A stretch of DNA of 64,000 nucleotides from Pseudomonadota bacterium (GTDB taxonomy: Bacteria > Pseudomonadota > Gammaproteobacteria > Burkholderiales > Burkholderiaceae_D): assembly GCA_040386255.1 (NCBI GenBank), contig JAZKFW010000084.1:7295-71294 (forward strand), written 5' to 3'. This document shows, piece by piece, positions 38,315 to 50,300 of the stretch. The notes below the pieces were generated by a model, which worked only from the letters and a program-made list of their open reading frames with translations, was not told the origin of the DNA and did not search any database. Every line of letters starts with the position of its first letter. The first letter of the stretch is position 1. Both the position numbers and the translations under genes were made by a program.

Positions 38315-39691
38315 CTACTTCTTGACCTTGACCGGCCGCTGCCAGGCGTCGATCGTCATCTGCCTGGCGCGCGAAATGGTCAGCTTGCCGGCCGGCGCAT
38401 CCTTCGTCAGCGTCGTGCCCGCGCCCAAGGTCGCCCCTTTGCCCACCGTCACCGGCGCCACCAGCTGGCTGTCGCTGCCGATGAAGGCGTCGTCCTCGAT
38501 CACCGTCCGGTATTTGTTGACGCCATCGTAATTGCAGGTAATCGTGCCGGCGCCGATATTGACGCGCGAACCGACCGTCGCATCGCCCACGTAGCTCAAG
38601 TGGTTGGCCTTGCTGTGCGCCGCGATGGTGCTGTTCTTCACTTCGACGAAGTTACCGATATGAACGTCCTCGGCCAGCTCGGCGCCCGGACGCAGGCGCG
38701 CGTACGGGCCGATCATCGACTTCGGCCCGACCTTGGCGCCTTCGATGTGGCAGAACGGCTTGATCTGCGCGCCCGCCGCGATGCTGGCGTTGACGATGAC
38801 GTTGTGCGCGCCGACCGACACGCCGTCGGCCAGCTCGACGCGGCCCTCGAACACGCAGCCGACGTCGATCGTCACGTCGCGCCCGCAGATGAGCGTGCCG
38901 CGGATATCGATGCGCGCCGGATCCATCAGCGTGACGCCTTGCTCGAGCAGCGCGTTGGCCTTGTTCAACTGGTGGCGGCGCTCCAGCTCGGCCAGCTGCA
39001 CCTTGCTGTTGACGCCGGCCACTTCCCACTCGGCCGACGGCTGCGCCGACACCACCGGCACGCCGTCCGCCACCGCCTTGGCGACGATGTCGGTCAGGTA
39101 ATACTCGCCCTGCGCATTGTTGTTCGACAGCGAGCCCAGCCATTCTTTCAGCTGGCGGGTCGGGGCGACGATGATGCCGCTGTTGATCTCGCGGATCGCG
39201 CGCTCGGCCTCGCTGGCGTCTTTCTCTTCGACGATGCGGACGATGTTGCCGCCGTCGCGCACGATGCGGCCCAGCCCGAACGGGTTGGCCTGTTCGACCG
39301 TCAGGATCGCCAGCTTGTCGCTGCCGGCGGCCTCGACCAGGCGGCGCAGCGAGGCCGACGTGGTCAGCGGAACGTCGCCGTACAGGATCAGCGTCGGCGC
39401 GTTGTCGTCGAGCTGAGGCGCCGCCTGCATCACGGCGTGGCCGGTGCCCAATTGCGGTTCCTGCAGCGCGGTATCGATGATTGCGTGCTCGCCATTGTTC
39501 TGCAGTTTCACCATCTCAGGCACCGCTGCGCCGCCGTGCCCGTAAATAACGCATAATTTGCGCGGCGCAAGTTCACGTGCGGTATCAATAACGTGTTGCA
39601 ACAATGGCTTGCCCGCTAAAGGATGCAAGACTTTTGGCAGTGCGGATTGCATCCGCTTTCCCATGCCGGCGGCGAGAATCACAACATTCAT
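38315..39691 (-). CDS. glmU: Bifunctional UDP-N-acetylglucosamine diphosphorylase / glucosamine-1-phosphate N-acetyltransferase
   Basis: [32 protein letters not shown]-terminus and a left-handed beta-helix hexapeptide C-terminal half. 458 aa. Confidence 0.95.
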   Translation of the reverse strand: MNVVILAAGMGKRMQSALPKVLHPLAGKPLLQHVIDTARELAPRKLCVIYGHGGAAVPEMVKLQNNGEHAIIDTALQEPQLGTGHAVMQAAPQLDDNAPTLILYGDVPLTTSASLRRLVEAAGSDKLAILTVEQANPFGLGRIVRDGGNIVRIVEEKDASEAERAIREINSGIIVAPTRQLKEWLGSLSNNNAQGEYYLTDIVAKAVADGVPVVSAQPSAEWEVAGVNSKVQLAELERRHQLNKANALLEQGVTLMDPARIDIRGTLICGRDVTIDVGCVFEGRVELADGVSVGAHNVIVNASIAAGAQIKPFCHIEGAKVGPKSMIGPYARLRPGAELAEDVHIGNFVEVKNSTIAAHSKANHLSYVGDATVGSRVNIGAGTITCNYDGVNKYRTVIEDDAFIGSDSQLVAPVTVGKGATLGAGTTLTKDAPAGKLTISRARQMTIDAWQRPVKVKK

Positions 39692-39717
39692 AAGCGGTAT
39701 TTGAAAGAGTTGAATAG

Positions 39718-40617
39718 ATGAAAAAGTTTAACACGAGCGGCACCGTCGCAAACCGCGTTCGCGCGCTGTTTCTGATCCTGCTGATGGTGACGGCGGCCGG
39801 TTGCAGCAGCATCCGCTTCACCTACAACCACGGCGACACCCTGCTGTACTGGTGGCTGAACAACTATCTCGACCTCGACTCCGACCAGTCCGGCTGGGTG
39901 AAGAAGGACATCGACAACCTGTTCCAGTGGCACCGCAAGACCCAGCTCAAGGATTACGTCCAGCTGCTGCAGAATGGCCAGCGCCAGCTTGCCGGCAACC
40001 TGACCCAGGCCGACCTGGCGGGCAATTACCACGACATCAAGGCGCGCACCGAATTGCTCGCTTACAAGGCGTTGCCCGAACTGGCCGACCTGGCGCGCTC
40101 CGTGCGCCCCGACCAGATCGCTCAGATGGAAAAGAAATTTGCGAAGAACAACGAGGACTACCGCAAGAAGTTTATGCGTGGCGACCTCGAGGCGCGGCAG
40201 AAGGCGCGCTTCAAGAAATCGATGGAGCAGTTCGACCTATGGTTCGGCAACTTCAGTTCCGAGCAGGAAGCGATCCTGCGCAAGGCATCCGATGCGCGCG
40301 TGCTCGACAACGACGTCTGGATGGACGAGCGGATGCGGCGCCAGAAGCAGATCGTCGGCGCGCTGCGCAAGATCCACAACGAAAAGCTGGGCAAGGACGC
40401 CACCGTGTCGGTGCTGCACAACCTGGTCAAGGAACTGTTCGGCCGTTTCGAAGCGCCTGAGCGCAAGGCCTTCTTCGATACCTATACCGACCAGACAATC
40501 CAGCTGATCCAGACCGCCGTGAAGATTGCCACGCCGGCGCAGAAAGCGCACGCGCAGAAGCGGATGCAGGGCTGGATCGAAGACTTCAACGTCCTCGCTG
40601 CCGACGCGCGCCGCTAG
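39718..40617 (+). CDS. DUF6279-like lipoprotein
   Basis: Lipobox [36 protein letters not shown]...[10 protein letters not shown] matches my memory of DUF6279 lipoproteins. Confidence 0.65.
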   Translation: MKKFNTSGTVANRVRALFLILLMVTAAGCSSIRFTYNHGDTLLYWWLNNYLDLDSDQSGWVKKDIDNLFQWHRKTQLKDYVQLLQNGQRQLAGNLTQADLAGNYHDIKARTELLAYKALPELADLARSVRPDQIAQMEKKFAKNNEDYRKKFMRGDLEARQKARFKKSMEQFDLWFGNFSSEQEAILRKASDARVLDNDVWMDERMRRQKQIVGALRKIHNEKLGKDATVSVLHNLVKELFGRFEAPERKAFFDTYTDQTIQLIQTAVKIATPAQKAHAQKRMQGWIEDFNVLAADARR

Positions 40618-40637
40618 CTTAAAGCTGGTGTCATAAA

Positions 40638-40703
40638 GCTGGTGTCAGGTCTGACATTAAGACATTCGCGCGCGAATGTCTTAATGTCAGACCTGACACC
40701 AGC
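40638..40703. repeat. Perfect 66-bp palindrome (33+33, no loop), probable long terminator hairpin or REP-like element
   Basis: GCTGGTGTCAGGTCTGACATTAAGACATTCGCG|CGCGAATGTCTTAATGTCAGACCTGACACCAGC, verified base by base. It is preceded by the 13-bp tandem repeat AAAGCTGGTGTCA (40621 and 40635) and followed by GTTTTA. Confidence 0.85.
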
Positions 40704-40731
40704 GTTTTACCCCCGTGATATAGTGGCGCCC

Positions 40732-41376
40732 ATGCAAAAAAAGCCAGCTAAAGTCCCGGTCCACCGGCCGCCGCCGCCGCAACACGTGCGCATCATCGGC
40801 GGCGCCTGGAAACGCACCCAGTTGCCGGTGCTCGACGCGCTCGGCTTGCGCCCGACGCCCGACCGCGTGCGCGAGACCGTGTTCAACTGGATCAGCCATC
40901 AGTGGGGCAACGACTGGAGCGCGGCCGCCGTACTCGACCTGTTCGCCGGCAGCGGCGCACTCGGCTTCGAAGCGGCCAGCCGCGGCGCCCGCTCGGTCGT
41001 CATGATCGACACCCACACTCCGGTCGTCCGCCAGCTTGAAACCATCAAGGAAAAACTGCACGCCGACGCGGTGACGCTGCTGCGCGCCGACGCCCTGGCG
41101 AGCGCACAGTCGATGGCCTTGCGCGGCCAGCGCTTCGACCTGGTGTTCCTGGATCCGCCTTATCAGCAGGACATGTTGTCGAAGACGCTGCCGCTGTGCG
41201 TCAACCTGCTCGCCGAAGACGGCCTGGTCTACGTTGAATCGGGCGCGCGGCTGCCGTTTGCCGAAGACGACGCCGATGCGACGCCGGAATGGCTGGCGCC
41301 GTGGGAAGCGATTCGCGCCGACAAGGCCGGCATCGTGTTCTACCATCTGCTGCGCTTGCGGACCCGGCCGGAGTAA
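40732..41376 (+). CDS. rsmD: 16S rRNA (guanine966-N2)-methyltransferase
   Basis: RIIGGAWKRTQLPVLDALGLRPTPDRVRETVFNW, LDLFAGSGALGFEAASRGA and VFLDPPY are RsmD motifs. The start was chosen downstream of the palindrome. Confidence 0.85.
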   Translation: MQKKPAKVPVHRPPPPQHVRIIGGAWKRTQLPVLDALGLRPTPDRVRETVFNWISHQWGNDWSAAAVLDLFAGSGALGFEAASRGARSVVMIDTHTPVVRQLETIKEKLHADAVTLLRADALASAQSMALRGQRFDLVFLDPPYQQDMLSKTLPLCVNLLAEDGLVYVESGARLPFAEDDADATPEWLAPWEAIRADKAGIVFYHLLRLRTRPE

Positions 41377-41434
41377 CATCCTGTAAATACGCTCGCCAAA
41401 AATCGCCGCCCTTGGTCTGCTCTGGGGTAGCTGA

Positions 41435-42252
<818 letters not shown>

Positions 42253-42350
42253 GCAACCGAGGGTTGACGAAGGTATCGACGCTCTACAGGCCATCATTGA
42301 CTCACCACTCATTCCTCGCAGTGTCGTTTAATTGGCGCTAGATTGGAAAG

Positions 42351-42377
42351 AAAAAGCCGCTCGATGGGCGGTTTTTT
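42351..42377 (+). terminator. Weak intrinsic terminator downstream of the ferredoxin gene
   Basis: AAAAAGCCGC, a 7-nt loop, GCGGTTTTTT. Only 4-5 GC pairs, extended by A:T pairs. Confidence 0.35.
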
Positions 42378-42638
42378 CACATCTGAAAGTTTCACCAACT
42401 ACCTTGATGGTGGGTCGAAAAAATCCCAACAGCACCATCGGCAACGCGATCAGCGCCTACGCTCGATGATGCTATCCAGTCACATCTACCTCGCCCTCCA
42501 CAACCTTGTGCGTTGCTGCGAATTTATTTCTTTTTGGAAATGCCTGTCTATTATGTTTTAGGAGAGTAAGTGGTGATATATTTATCCAAGGCAATTTTTT
42601 TGCCCCACTATTCGCAAAAAATAATGAGAGACAGCGCC

Positions 42639-44276
42639 ATGAACATTCGAAACTTGGGAATAGGCCAGCGCCTGGCCATCGGCTTTGGGGTCGTGATCGC
42701 GCTCCTGATCATGCTCGCCGCCTTGTCCTATCTGCGCATCGGTAGCCTGAACCAGGAAGTGACGACGATGGTGAAGTCGCGCTATCCGACGACGGTGGTG
42801 GCGAACGGCATCAAGGCCGATGTCAACGAAGTCACCCGCAGCATGCTCAACGTGCTGGTGATGAGCGATCCGGACCAGATCAAGGCCGAACTGGCCATCA
42901 TGGCCAAAAAGAACGCCAGCGCGACCGCTGCCTTGAACGACCTGGCCAAAAGCACCACCGAGCCGCGCGGCCAGGAAATTCTCAAGGCGATTGCCGCCAT
43001 CCGCGCCAAGTTCATTCCCGCACAGGTCGACTTCATCGCCCTCATCAACGACGACAAGAAGGAGAGCGCGATGGCCAATTTCATGTTCGGCCTGCGTCCC
43101 CAGCAAGCCAAATACTTCGAGGAACTCGACAAGTTTACTGCCTACCAGAATGCAGCGATGGTCGAAGCCGGCGATGCCGCGACGGCAGTGTCGAGCCGCA
43201 CCCAGCTGCTGATCCTGGTGCTGGCGCTCGGCGCGAGCATCGTGTCGGTCGCGGTGGCGTACTTTTCCACACGCAGCATTACGCGCCCGCTGGGCGCTGC
43301 GGTCGATATCGCCAAGCGGGTGGCCGACGGTGACCTCAGCAGCGTCATCGAGGTCACCAGCAACGACGAGACCGGCCAGATGATGGGCGCGCTCAAGCAC
43401 ATGAACAACAGCCTGATCAGGATAGTTGCGGAAGTACGGGCCGGCACCGAGGCGATTGCCTCGGCCTCGAGTGAAATCGCCAGCGGCAACCTGGACCTGT
43501 CGAACCGCACCGAACAGCAGGCTTCATCGCTCGGCCACACCTCCGGCTCGATGCGCGAACTGACCGCCACCGTGCAACAGAACGCCGACAATGCGCGGCA
43601 GGCAAACCAGCTCGCCGCCAAGGCGTCCGAGGTGGCGATCCGCGGCGGCTCGGTGGTCTCGCACGTGGTCGACACGATGGGGTCGATCACGGCGTCGTCG
43701 AAAAAGATCGTCGACATCATCGGCGTCATCGATGGCATTGCGTTTCAGACCAACATCCTGGCGCTGAACGCCGCGGTGGAAGCGGCGCGCGCCGGCGAGC
43801 AGGGCCGTGGCTTCGCCGTGGTCGCCGCGGAGGTGCGCAGCCTGGCGCAGCGCTCGGCCGCCGCAGCCAAGGAAATCAAGATCCTGATCGGCGACTCGGT
43901 CGACAAGGTACGCGAAGGCAGCACCCTGGTCGAGCAGGCCGGCGTCACGATGGAAGAAGTGGTGGCCAGCGTACGCCGGGTCACCGACATCATGGGTGAA
44001 ATCACCGCCGCCAGCCAGGAACAGAGCGTCGGCATCGCCAGCGTCAACCACACAATCCTGGAAATGGACGAAACGACTCAGCAGAATGCGGCGCTGGTCG
44101 AAGAAGCGGCCGCCGCGGCCGCCTCGATGCAGGACCAGGCGGCAAACCTGGCGCGCGTGGTCAGCGTGTTCAAGCTGGAACAGGGCGCCGCGCTGGCGCA
44201 GGTGGAGGCGGAAGCAGCCGTCGGCAGGCCTGCGCGCGCGTCGCGCAAAGCGCTCCGCGCCCTCGAGGCAGCCTGA
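42639..44276 (+). CDS. Methyl-accepting chemotaxis protein
   Basis: TM helix, a 4-helix-bundle-type periplasmic domain, a second TM helix, HAMP, and the conserved signalling hairpin [48 protein letters not shown]. Confidence 0.9.
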   Translation: MNIRNLGIGQRLAIGFGVVIALLIMLAALSYLRIGSLNQEVTTMVKSRYPTTVVANGIKADVNEVTRSMLNVLVMSDPDQIKAELAIMAKKNASATAALNDLAKSTTEPRGQEILKAIAAIRAKFIPAQVDFIALINDDKKESAMANFMFGLRPQQAKYFEELDKFTAYQNAAMVEAGDAATAVSSRTQLLILVLALGASIVSVAVAYFSTRSITRPLGAAVDIAKRVADGDLSSVIEVTSNDETGQMMGALKHMNNSLIRIVAEVRAGTEAIASASSEIASGNLDLSNRTEQQASSLGHTSGSMRELTATVQQNADNARQANQLAAKASEVAIRGGSVVSHVVDTMGSITASSKKIVDIIGVIDGIAFQTNILALNAAVEAARAGEQGRGFAVVAAEVRSLAQRSAAAAKEIKILIGDSVDKVREGSTLVEQAGVTMEEVVASVRRVTDIMGEITAASQEQSVGIASVNHTILEMDETTQQNAALVEEAAAAAASMQDQAANLARVVSVFKLEQGAALAQVEAEAAVGRPARASRKALRALEAA

Positions 44277-44288
44277 CGATTCGACCGG

Positions 44289-44510
44289 TCACCCGGCCTC
44301 GTGCCACTTGCCGCTCGCCTCGTCCTTCTTGTACTTCTTCTTCACTGCCGTCCACGCCACCTTGTGGGCGGTCGATTCGCGGTCCTCGGCGCCGCGCTCG
44401 GCATATTCGTCGAACGCGCTGTTGAACGCTTCCTTGTAGATCTCCTGCGCATGCTTCGGCAGATTGTCGCGCACGCTGTCGGGCAGCTCGGCAATGGATG
44501 AATAAGGCAT
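44289..44510 (-). CDS. chaB: ChaB family protein
   Basis: 73 aa. MPYSSIAELPDSVRDNLPKHAQEIYKEAFNSAFDEY...AHKVAWTAVKKKY. Strong RBS GGAGGGGG. The rest of track ORF 44289..45335 is antisense to the next gene. Confidence 0.8.
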   Translation of the reverse strand: MPYSSIAELPDSVRDNLPKHAQEIYKEAFNSAFDEYAERGAEDRESTAHKVAWTAVKKKYKKDEASGKWHEAG

Positions 44511-44612
44511 CGTTACCCCCTCCTTTTTGTAGTGTTCCTGCAGGCAAGTAGTGATATATTCATCACAGACAGCTTCGCAAGTCACTTTTGATAAAAACAT
44601 GGAGATAACAAT

Positions 44613-45206
44613 ATGGTAACGACGAAACTCGGTTTCAAGGGCCTGCTGGCCGGCCTGCTGCTGGCATGCGCCTGCGTCCAGGGCGCGATCGCGGCCGAAG
44701 TCAGCGGCATCAAGCTCGACGACACCGCCAAGGTGGCGGGCAAGGACCTGGTATTGAACGGCGCCGGCATCCGCACCAAGTTCATCATCAAGGTCTACGC
44801 CGCCGGCCTGTACCTGACGGAAAAGAAAAACACCGTCGCCGACGTCCTCAAGCTGGAAGGCCCACGCCGCCTGACGCTGGTGATGATGCGCGACATTAGC
44901 TCGGAAGACTTCGGCCAGTCGTTCATGACCGGCATTAACAGCAACGTCAGCGAGGCCGAGAAGGCCAAGTACGTCAGCCAGCTCAGCAAGTTCGGCGAAA
45001 TGTTCGGCTCCATCCCGGGCCTGAAGAAGGGCGACGTGCTGCACCTCGACTGGATTCCGGGCAGCGGCACCGTAACCGAACTGAACGGCAAGAAGATCGG
45101 CGAAGTCGTGCCTGACTTCGGCTTCAACAACGCCGTGATGCGCATCTGGATCGGCGACAAGCCGGCCGACAGCTCGCTCAAGCCGGCACTGCTGGGCGCC
45201 CGCTAA
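44613..45206 (+). CDS. Chalcone-isomerase-like family protein (secreted)
   Basis: Signal peptide. LVLNGAGIRTKFIIKVYAAGLYL is the hallmark of bacterial chalcone_isomerase-like proteins. Confidence 0.75.
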   Translation: MVTTKLGFKGLLAGLLLACACVQGAIAAEVSGIKLDDTAKVAGKDLVLNGAGIRTKFIIKVYAAGLYLTEKKNTVADVLKLEGPRRLTLVMMRDISSEDFGQSFMTGINSNVSEAEKAKYVSQLSKFGEMFGSIPGLKKGDVLHLDWIPGSGTVTELNGKKIGEVVPDFGFNNAVMRIWIGDKPADSSLKPALLGAR

Positions 45207-45218
45207 TCGTCGACGCAC

Positions 45219-45261
45219 AAAAAAACGCGGCGCCAGGGGAAACCCCGGCGCCGCGTTTTTT
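45219..45261. terminator. Bidirectional intrinsic terminator
   Basis: A7-CGCGGCGCC(A)GGGG-AAA-CCCCGGCGCCGCG-T6. A 13-bp stem with one bulge, between the convergent stops at 45206 and 45277. Confidence 0.8.
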
Positions 45262-45276
45262 ATGCAGCGGTGAAAT

Positions 45277-45564
45277 TTATGCGCGTGCCGACAGGGCCCG
45301 CAGTTCTGCGGCCTGGCTCGGATCTTGCGATGCATTGATGATTCGCTGAAACTGGCGTGCGTCGAGCAACTGGCGGCGCGCGATACGCTCTTCTTTGGTG
45401 CGGCGCGGACGCACGGTCAGAACCAGTGCACGAAAGATGCCCAGCAGCAGGGGTTTAAAGAACAGGACGAAGCCGGCGAGAGCCGACAGGCCCAGCGCGC
45501 CGCGCAGCAGCGGCAGGATCTGAACGTTGGCGGTGGCTTGAAGCAAAGTTGCGGTAGTAGACAC
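45277..45564 (-). CDS. Small hypothetical membrane protein
   Basis: 95 aa with one hydrophobic helix (LGLSALAGFVLFFKPLLLGIF) followed by a basic stretch. No recognisable family. It is divergent from the LysR gene. Confidence 0.4.
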   Translation of the reverse strand: MSTTATLLQATANVQILPLLRGALGLSALAGFVLFFKPLLLGIFRALVLTVRPRRTKEERIARRQLLDARQFQRIINASQDPSQAAELRALSARA

Positions 45565-45726
45565 AGTGATTCCAATTGCGATTTATGTTGTTGTACGGCA
45601 CTATAGTGCAATGCAACATATAAAGCTAATTCGAAGATCTGATACCGATTATATTAATCATGAATGGATTGATGTACTATTTGGCGTAGTGCATCCACCT
45701 TCCGTCATCCACATTCCATTTCTATC

Positions 45727-46677
45727 ATGAGTTTTCTCACGCTTGACCTGAACCTGCTGCGCGTATTCGACGCGGTGATGACTGAGCAAAACCTGACGCG
45801 CGCCGCCGGCCACCTGGCGATGACCCAGCCGGCGGTATCGAACGCCATCAAGCGGCTGCGCGAAAGCCTCGGCGACGATCTGCTGATCCGCACCGCCTAC
45901 GGCGTCAAGCCGACGCCGCGCGCCGAGTCGCTGTGGCCGGCCGTGCGCCAGGCGCTGGCCGGGCTCGAGGCCGCCGTCACGCCCGGCACCTTCGACGTGT
46001 CCAAGGCCAACGCCACGTTCCGCATGGCGATGGCCGACGCCACCGCCGCCTTCTGGCTGCCGTCGCTGATGCGCTCGATCGAGAGCGAGGCGCCGGGCGT
46101 CAATGTGCGCATGGTGCCGTTGACCACGCGCGAGCCGCGGCCGATGCTGCTGCGCGGCGACATCGACCTGGCCGTCGGCTTCTTTCCCGGCGTGGCGGCG
46201 CAGCTGTCGTCCGACACCAGTTCGCCGATCCGCCACGAGCGCCTGTATTCGGGCCGCTATGTCTGCGTGATGCGCAAGAACCATCCGCTGGCCAAGGTCG
46301 AGCTCACGCTCGACAACTACGTCGCCGCCAACCACTTGCTGGTGAGTTTTTCCGGACGCGCGCACGGGCTGTCCGACGAAGCGCTGGCGCAATTGGGGCG
46401 CGAGCGCCGCATCCTGCTGACGGTCAACCAGTTCTTCACGGCCGGCCGCGTCGTGGCCAATTCCGATTTGATCACGGTCCTGCCGAAGCACCTGATTGCG
46501 TCGACCGGCATGACCGATGCGCTGGTCTGGCGCGAGCTGCCGTTCACGCTGCCGGCGGTGCACCTCGACATGCTCTGGCATGAGCGCGACGCCCGCAGCC
46601 CGGCGCACACCTGGCTGCGCAAGCACCTCGAGTCGATGGACACCACCGCGGTCACGTCGCTGACAGCGGCATCATAG
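45727..46677 (+). CDS. LysR family transcriptional regulator
   Basis: LDLNLLRVFDAVMTEQNLTRAAGHLAMTQPAVSNAIKRLRE (wHTH) plus a LysR substrate-binding domain. Confidence 0.9.
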   Translation: MSFLTLDLNLLRVFDAVMTEQNLTRAAGHLAMTQPAVSNAIKRLRESLGDDLLIRTAYGVKPTPRAESLWPAVRQALAGLEAAVTPGTFDVSKANATFRMAMADATAAFWLPSLMRSIESEAPGVNVRMVPLTTREPRPMLLRGDIDLAVGFFPGVAAQLSSDTSSPIRHERLYSGRYVCVMRKNHPLAKVELTLDNYVAANHLLVSFSGRAHGLSDEALAQLGRERRILLTVNQFFTAGRVVANSDLITVLPKHLIASTGMTDALVWRELPFTLPAVHLDMLWHERDARSPAHTWLRKHLESMDTTAVTSLTAAS

Positions 46678-46737
46678 TCACGAGACCGAAGATCTGTCGT
46701 CCTCGCGAAGGCGGGAACGACGATTCATTGGATAACT

Positions 46738-47193
46738 CTACTTGATCGGCAGCTTGGTCGTGTTCTTCACTTCTTCCATCACCGCATAGGTATGCGTCTC
46801 GCGCACGCCCTTCTGCAGCAGCGTCTTGCCGAGGAATTCGCGGTACGCCGCCATGTCCTTCACACGCGCCTTGACCAGGTAGTCGAAGCCGCCGGCCACC
46901 ATGTGGCACTCCAGCACCTCGGGGATCAGCTGCACGCTGTTCTTGAAAGCGTCGAACACCTCCGGCGTGGTGCGGTCCAGCACCACCTCGATGAACACCA
47001 GCAGCGATACATCGAGCAGCTGCGGATTGAGCTGGGCGGTATAGCCCATGATGTAGCCTGATTCATGCAGCTTGCGCACCCGCTCCAGGCAGGCCGCCGG
47101 CGACAGGTTGACACGGGAGGCCAGTTCGACATTGCTGATGCGTCCGTCGTTCTGCAACTCGGAGAGGATCTTCTTACTAATCTTGTCCAGCAT
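46738..47193 (-). CDS. Lrp/AsnC family regulator, divergent from putA (PutR-like position)
   Basis: LDKISKKILSELQNDGRISNVELASRVNLSPAACLERVRKLHESGYI plus a RAM domain. Assignment as the putA activator is inferred from synteny only. Confidence 0.85.
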   Translation of the reverse strand: MLDKISKKILSELQNDGRISNVELASRVNLSPAACLERVRKLHESGYIMGYTAQLNPQLLDVSLLVFIEVVLDRTTPEVFDAFKNSVQLIPEVLECHMVAGGFDYLVKARVKDMAAYREFLGKTLLQKGVRETHTYAVMEEVKNTTKLPIK

Positions 47194-47374
47194 GTCAGGC
47201 GTCTCCCAAGATAAATATAATTTGGTTAAATTGTCTCACCAAAAACTATCTATTGCTAGTCTTCCTTAATTCCAGAATTAATCCAGAAGAATCCGCACTA
47301 CAATCGAATCAATTTTTTTGCGCCCGCGATTTTCCGCGCGACGTCGTTCGTCCCTTCTGATTAAAGAGTCATCC

Positions 47375-50300
47375 ATGCACACCGCCCCCTTTGCCGCCCT
47401 CCACGCAGAAATCAAACCCCAGCAGTCCGCGCTGCGTGCCGCGATCACCGCAGCCTACCGTCGCGACGAAGCCGAAGCGGTGAACTGGCTGCTGGCGCAG
47501 GGCGCGCAGGCCAACGGCGGCGCCGCGGCGCTGGCGCACAAGCTGGTGTCGCAGGTGCGCGACAAGCGCACCCGCTCGTCCGGCGTGGACGCCTTGATGC
47601 ACGAGTTTTCGCTGTCGTCGGAAGAAGGCGTGGCGCTGATGTGCCTCGCCGAAGCGCTGCTGCGCATCCCCGACAGCCAGACCGCCGACCGCCTCATCGC
47701 CGACAAGATCAGCAAGGGCGACTGGCGCAAGCACCTCGGCGAATCGCCTTCCCTGTTCGTCAACGCCGCCACCTGGGGCCTGCTCATCACCGGGAAGCTG
47801 GTCGGCACCAGCAGCGAAACCGGGCTCGGTTCGGCGCTGACCAGATTGATCGGCAAGGGCGGCGAGCCGCTGATCCGCAAAGGCGTCGACCTGGCCATGC
47901 GCATGCTCGGCAACCAGTTCGTCACCGGCCAGACCATCGACGAAGCGCTCAAGAACAGCCGCGACAACGAAGCGCGCGGCTACCGCTATTCGTACGACAT
48001 GCTGGGCGAAGCGGCGCTGACCGAACTCGATGCGCAGAACTACTACAAGTCCTACGAGACGGCGATCCATGCGATCGGCAAGGCGTCCAACGGGCGCGGC
48101 ATCAAGGACGGCCCGGGCATCTCGGTGAAGCTGTCGGCGCTGCACCCGCGCTACAGCCGCGCGCAGTACACGCGCGTGATGGAAGAACTGCTGCCGCGCG
48201 TGCGCAGCCTGGTGCTGCTGGCGAAGCACTACAACATCGGCCTGAACATCGACGCCGAAGAAGCCGACCGTCTCGAGATCTCGCTCGACCTGATGGAAGC
48301 TTTGGCGTTCGATCCCGACCTGGCTGCTTTTGAGGGCATCGGCTTCGTAGTGCAGGGCTATCAGAAGCGCTGCCCGTTCGTCATCGACTACCTGGCCGAC
48401 CTGGCCAGGCGCAGCGGCCGCAAGTTCATGGTGCGCCTGGTGAAGGGCGCCTATTGGGACGCCGAGATCAAGCGCGCCCAGGTCGACGGCATGCCTGGCT
48501 ATCCGGTCTACACGCGCAAGGTCTACACCGACGTCTCTTACCTCACCTGCGCCAAGAAGCTGCTCGCCGCGAGCGACCTGCTGTATCCGCAGTTCGCCAC
48601 CCACAACGCGCACTCGCTGGCGGTGATCTACACCTGGGCCAAGCAGGATGGCGTCAGCAACTACGAGTTCCAGTGCCTGCATGGCATGGGCGAGACGCTG
48701 TACGATCAGGTCGTCGGCAAGGAAAACCTCGACAAGGCATGCCGCATTTACGCGCCGGTCGGCTCGCACGAAACGCTGCTGGCCTACCTGGTGCGCCGGC
48801 TGCTGGAAAACGGCGCCAACTCGTCGTTCGTCAACCAGATCGTCGACCAGAAGGTATCGATCGAATCGCTGATCGCCGATCCGTTCGACGCCGCGCGCGC
48901 GCAGGGCGGGGCGCCGCATCCCGGCATCGCGCTGCCGGTCGCGCTGTTCGGCGCCGAGCGCAGGAATTCGTCCGGCATCGACCTGACCAACGAGGACGTG
49001 CTGACGGACCTAGCGGCGACGCTGTCGAAGCGCCGCGTGTACGACGCGGCGCCGCTGATCGACGGCCAGTTGGCCCAATCGGCGTCGCAGGCAATCGTCA
49101 ATCCGGCCAACCATGCCGACGTGGTCGGGCATGTCGCCGAAGCCACGAGCGCCGATGTCGAAACCGCGCTGGCCGCCGCCACCGCGTTCGCGATGGACTG
49201 GCAGACCATCGAGCCGTCGGTCCGCGCCGATACCATCGCGCGCGTGGCCGACCTGTTCGAGGCACACTGCCACGAGCTGATGGCGCTCGCCGTGCGCGAA
49301 GCCGGCAAGTCGCTGCCGAACGCGATCGCCGAAGTACGCGAAGCGGTCGACTTCCTGCGCTACTACGCCGCGCAAGTGCATGGTTCGCCGAATACGCTGG
49401 CACTGGGCCCGGTCACCTGCATCAGCCCATGGAACTTCCCGCTGGCGATTTTCACGGGCCAGGTGGCCGCGGCGCTGGCCGCCGGTAACGTGGTGCTGGC
49501 CAAGCCGGCCGAACAAACGCCGCTGATCGCGCACCGCGCTGTGCAGCTGTTCCACGAGGCCGGCATCCCGAAGGGCGCCTTGCAATTCCTGCCGGGCCGC
49601 GGCGAAGTGGTGGGCGCGGCGCTGACCGCCGATGCGCGCGTGCGCGGCGTGATCTTCACCGGCTCGACCGAAGTGGCCCAGCTGATCAACCGCACGCTGG
49701 CCAGGCGTTCGCTCGACGAGTCGAACGAGATCCCGCTGATCGCCGAAACCGGCGGCCAGAATGCGCTGATCGTCGATTCGTCGGCGCTGCCGGAACAGGT
49801 GGTGCAGGATGCGCTCAGTTCCGCGTTCGACAGCGCCGGCCAGCGCTGCTCTGCGCTGCGCGTGCTGTTCCTGCAGGAGGAGATCGCCGACAAGACGATC
49901 CGCATGCTCAAGGGCGCGATGCAGGAACTGCGCGTCGGCGTGCCGGACCGCCTGTCGACCGATATCGGTCCGGTGATCGACTCCGAAGCGCGCGACAACC
50001 TGCTAGCGCATATCGAACGCACCAAGCTTAAAGCGAAGTCTGTCTATTCGCTGCCGCTGCCGGCAGGGCTGGAGGCGCAAGGCACCTTCGTCGCGCCGAC
50101 GGTGCTGGAAATCGGCTCGCTGTCGGAGCTGACGCAGGAAGTGTTCGGCCCGGTGCTGCACATCATCCGCTACAAGCGCGCCGCGCTGGCGCAGCTGATC
50201 GACTCGATCAACACCAGCGGCTTCGGCCTGACGCTGGGCGTGCACTCGCGCATCGACGAGACGATCGATTTCATCGCCTCGCACGCGCATGTCGGCAACA

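Noticed and set aside
42253-42638. Possible small RNA between the ferredoxin gene and the MCP gene, ending at the weak terminator 42351-42377
   Set aside because: Only a weak hairpin plus T-run is present. There is no promoter I can support and no recognisable sRNA family. The track ORF 42343..42561 in the same gap also lacks support.
44511-45335. Upstream 275 codons of track ORF 44289..45335
   Set aside because: This part is antisense to the chalcone-isomerase-like gene and low-complexity. Only the last 73 codons (ChaB, with a strong RBS at 44511-44523) look real.
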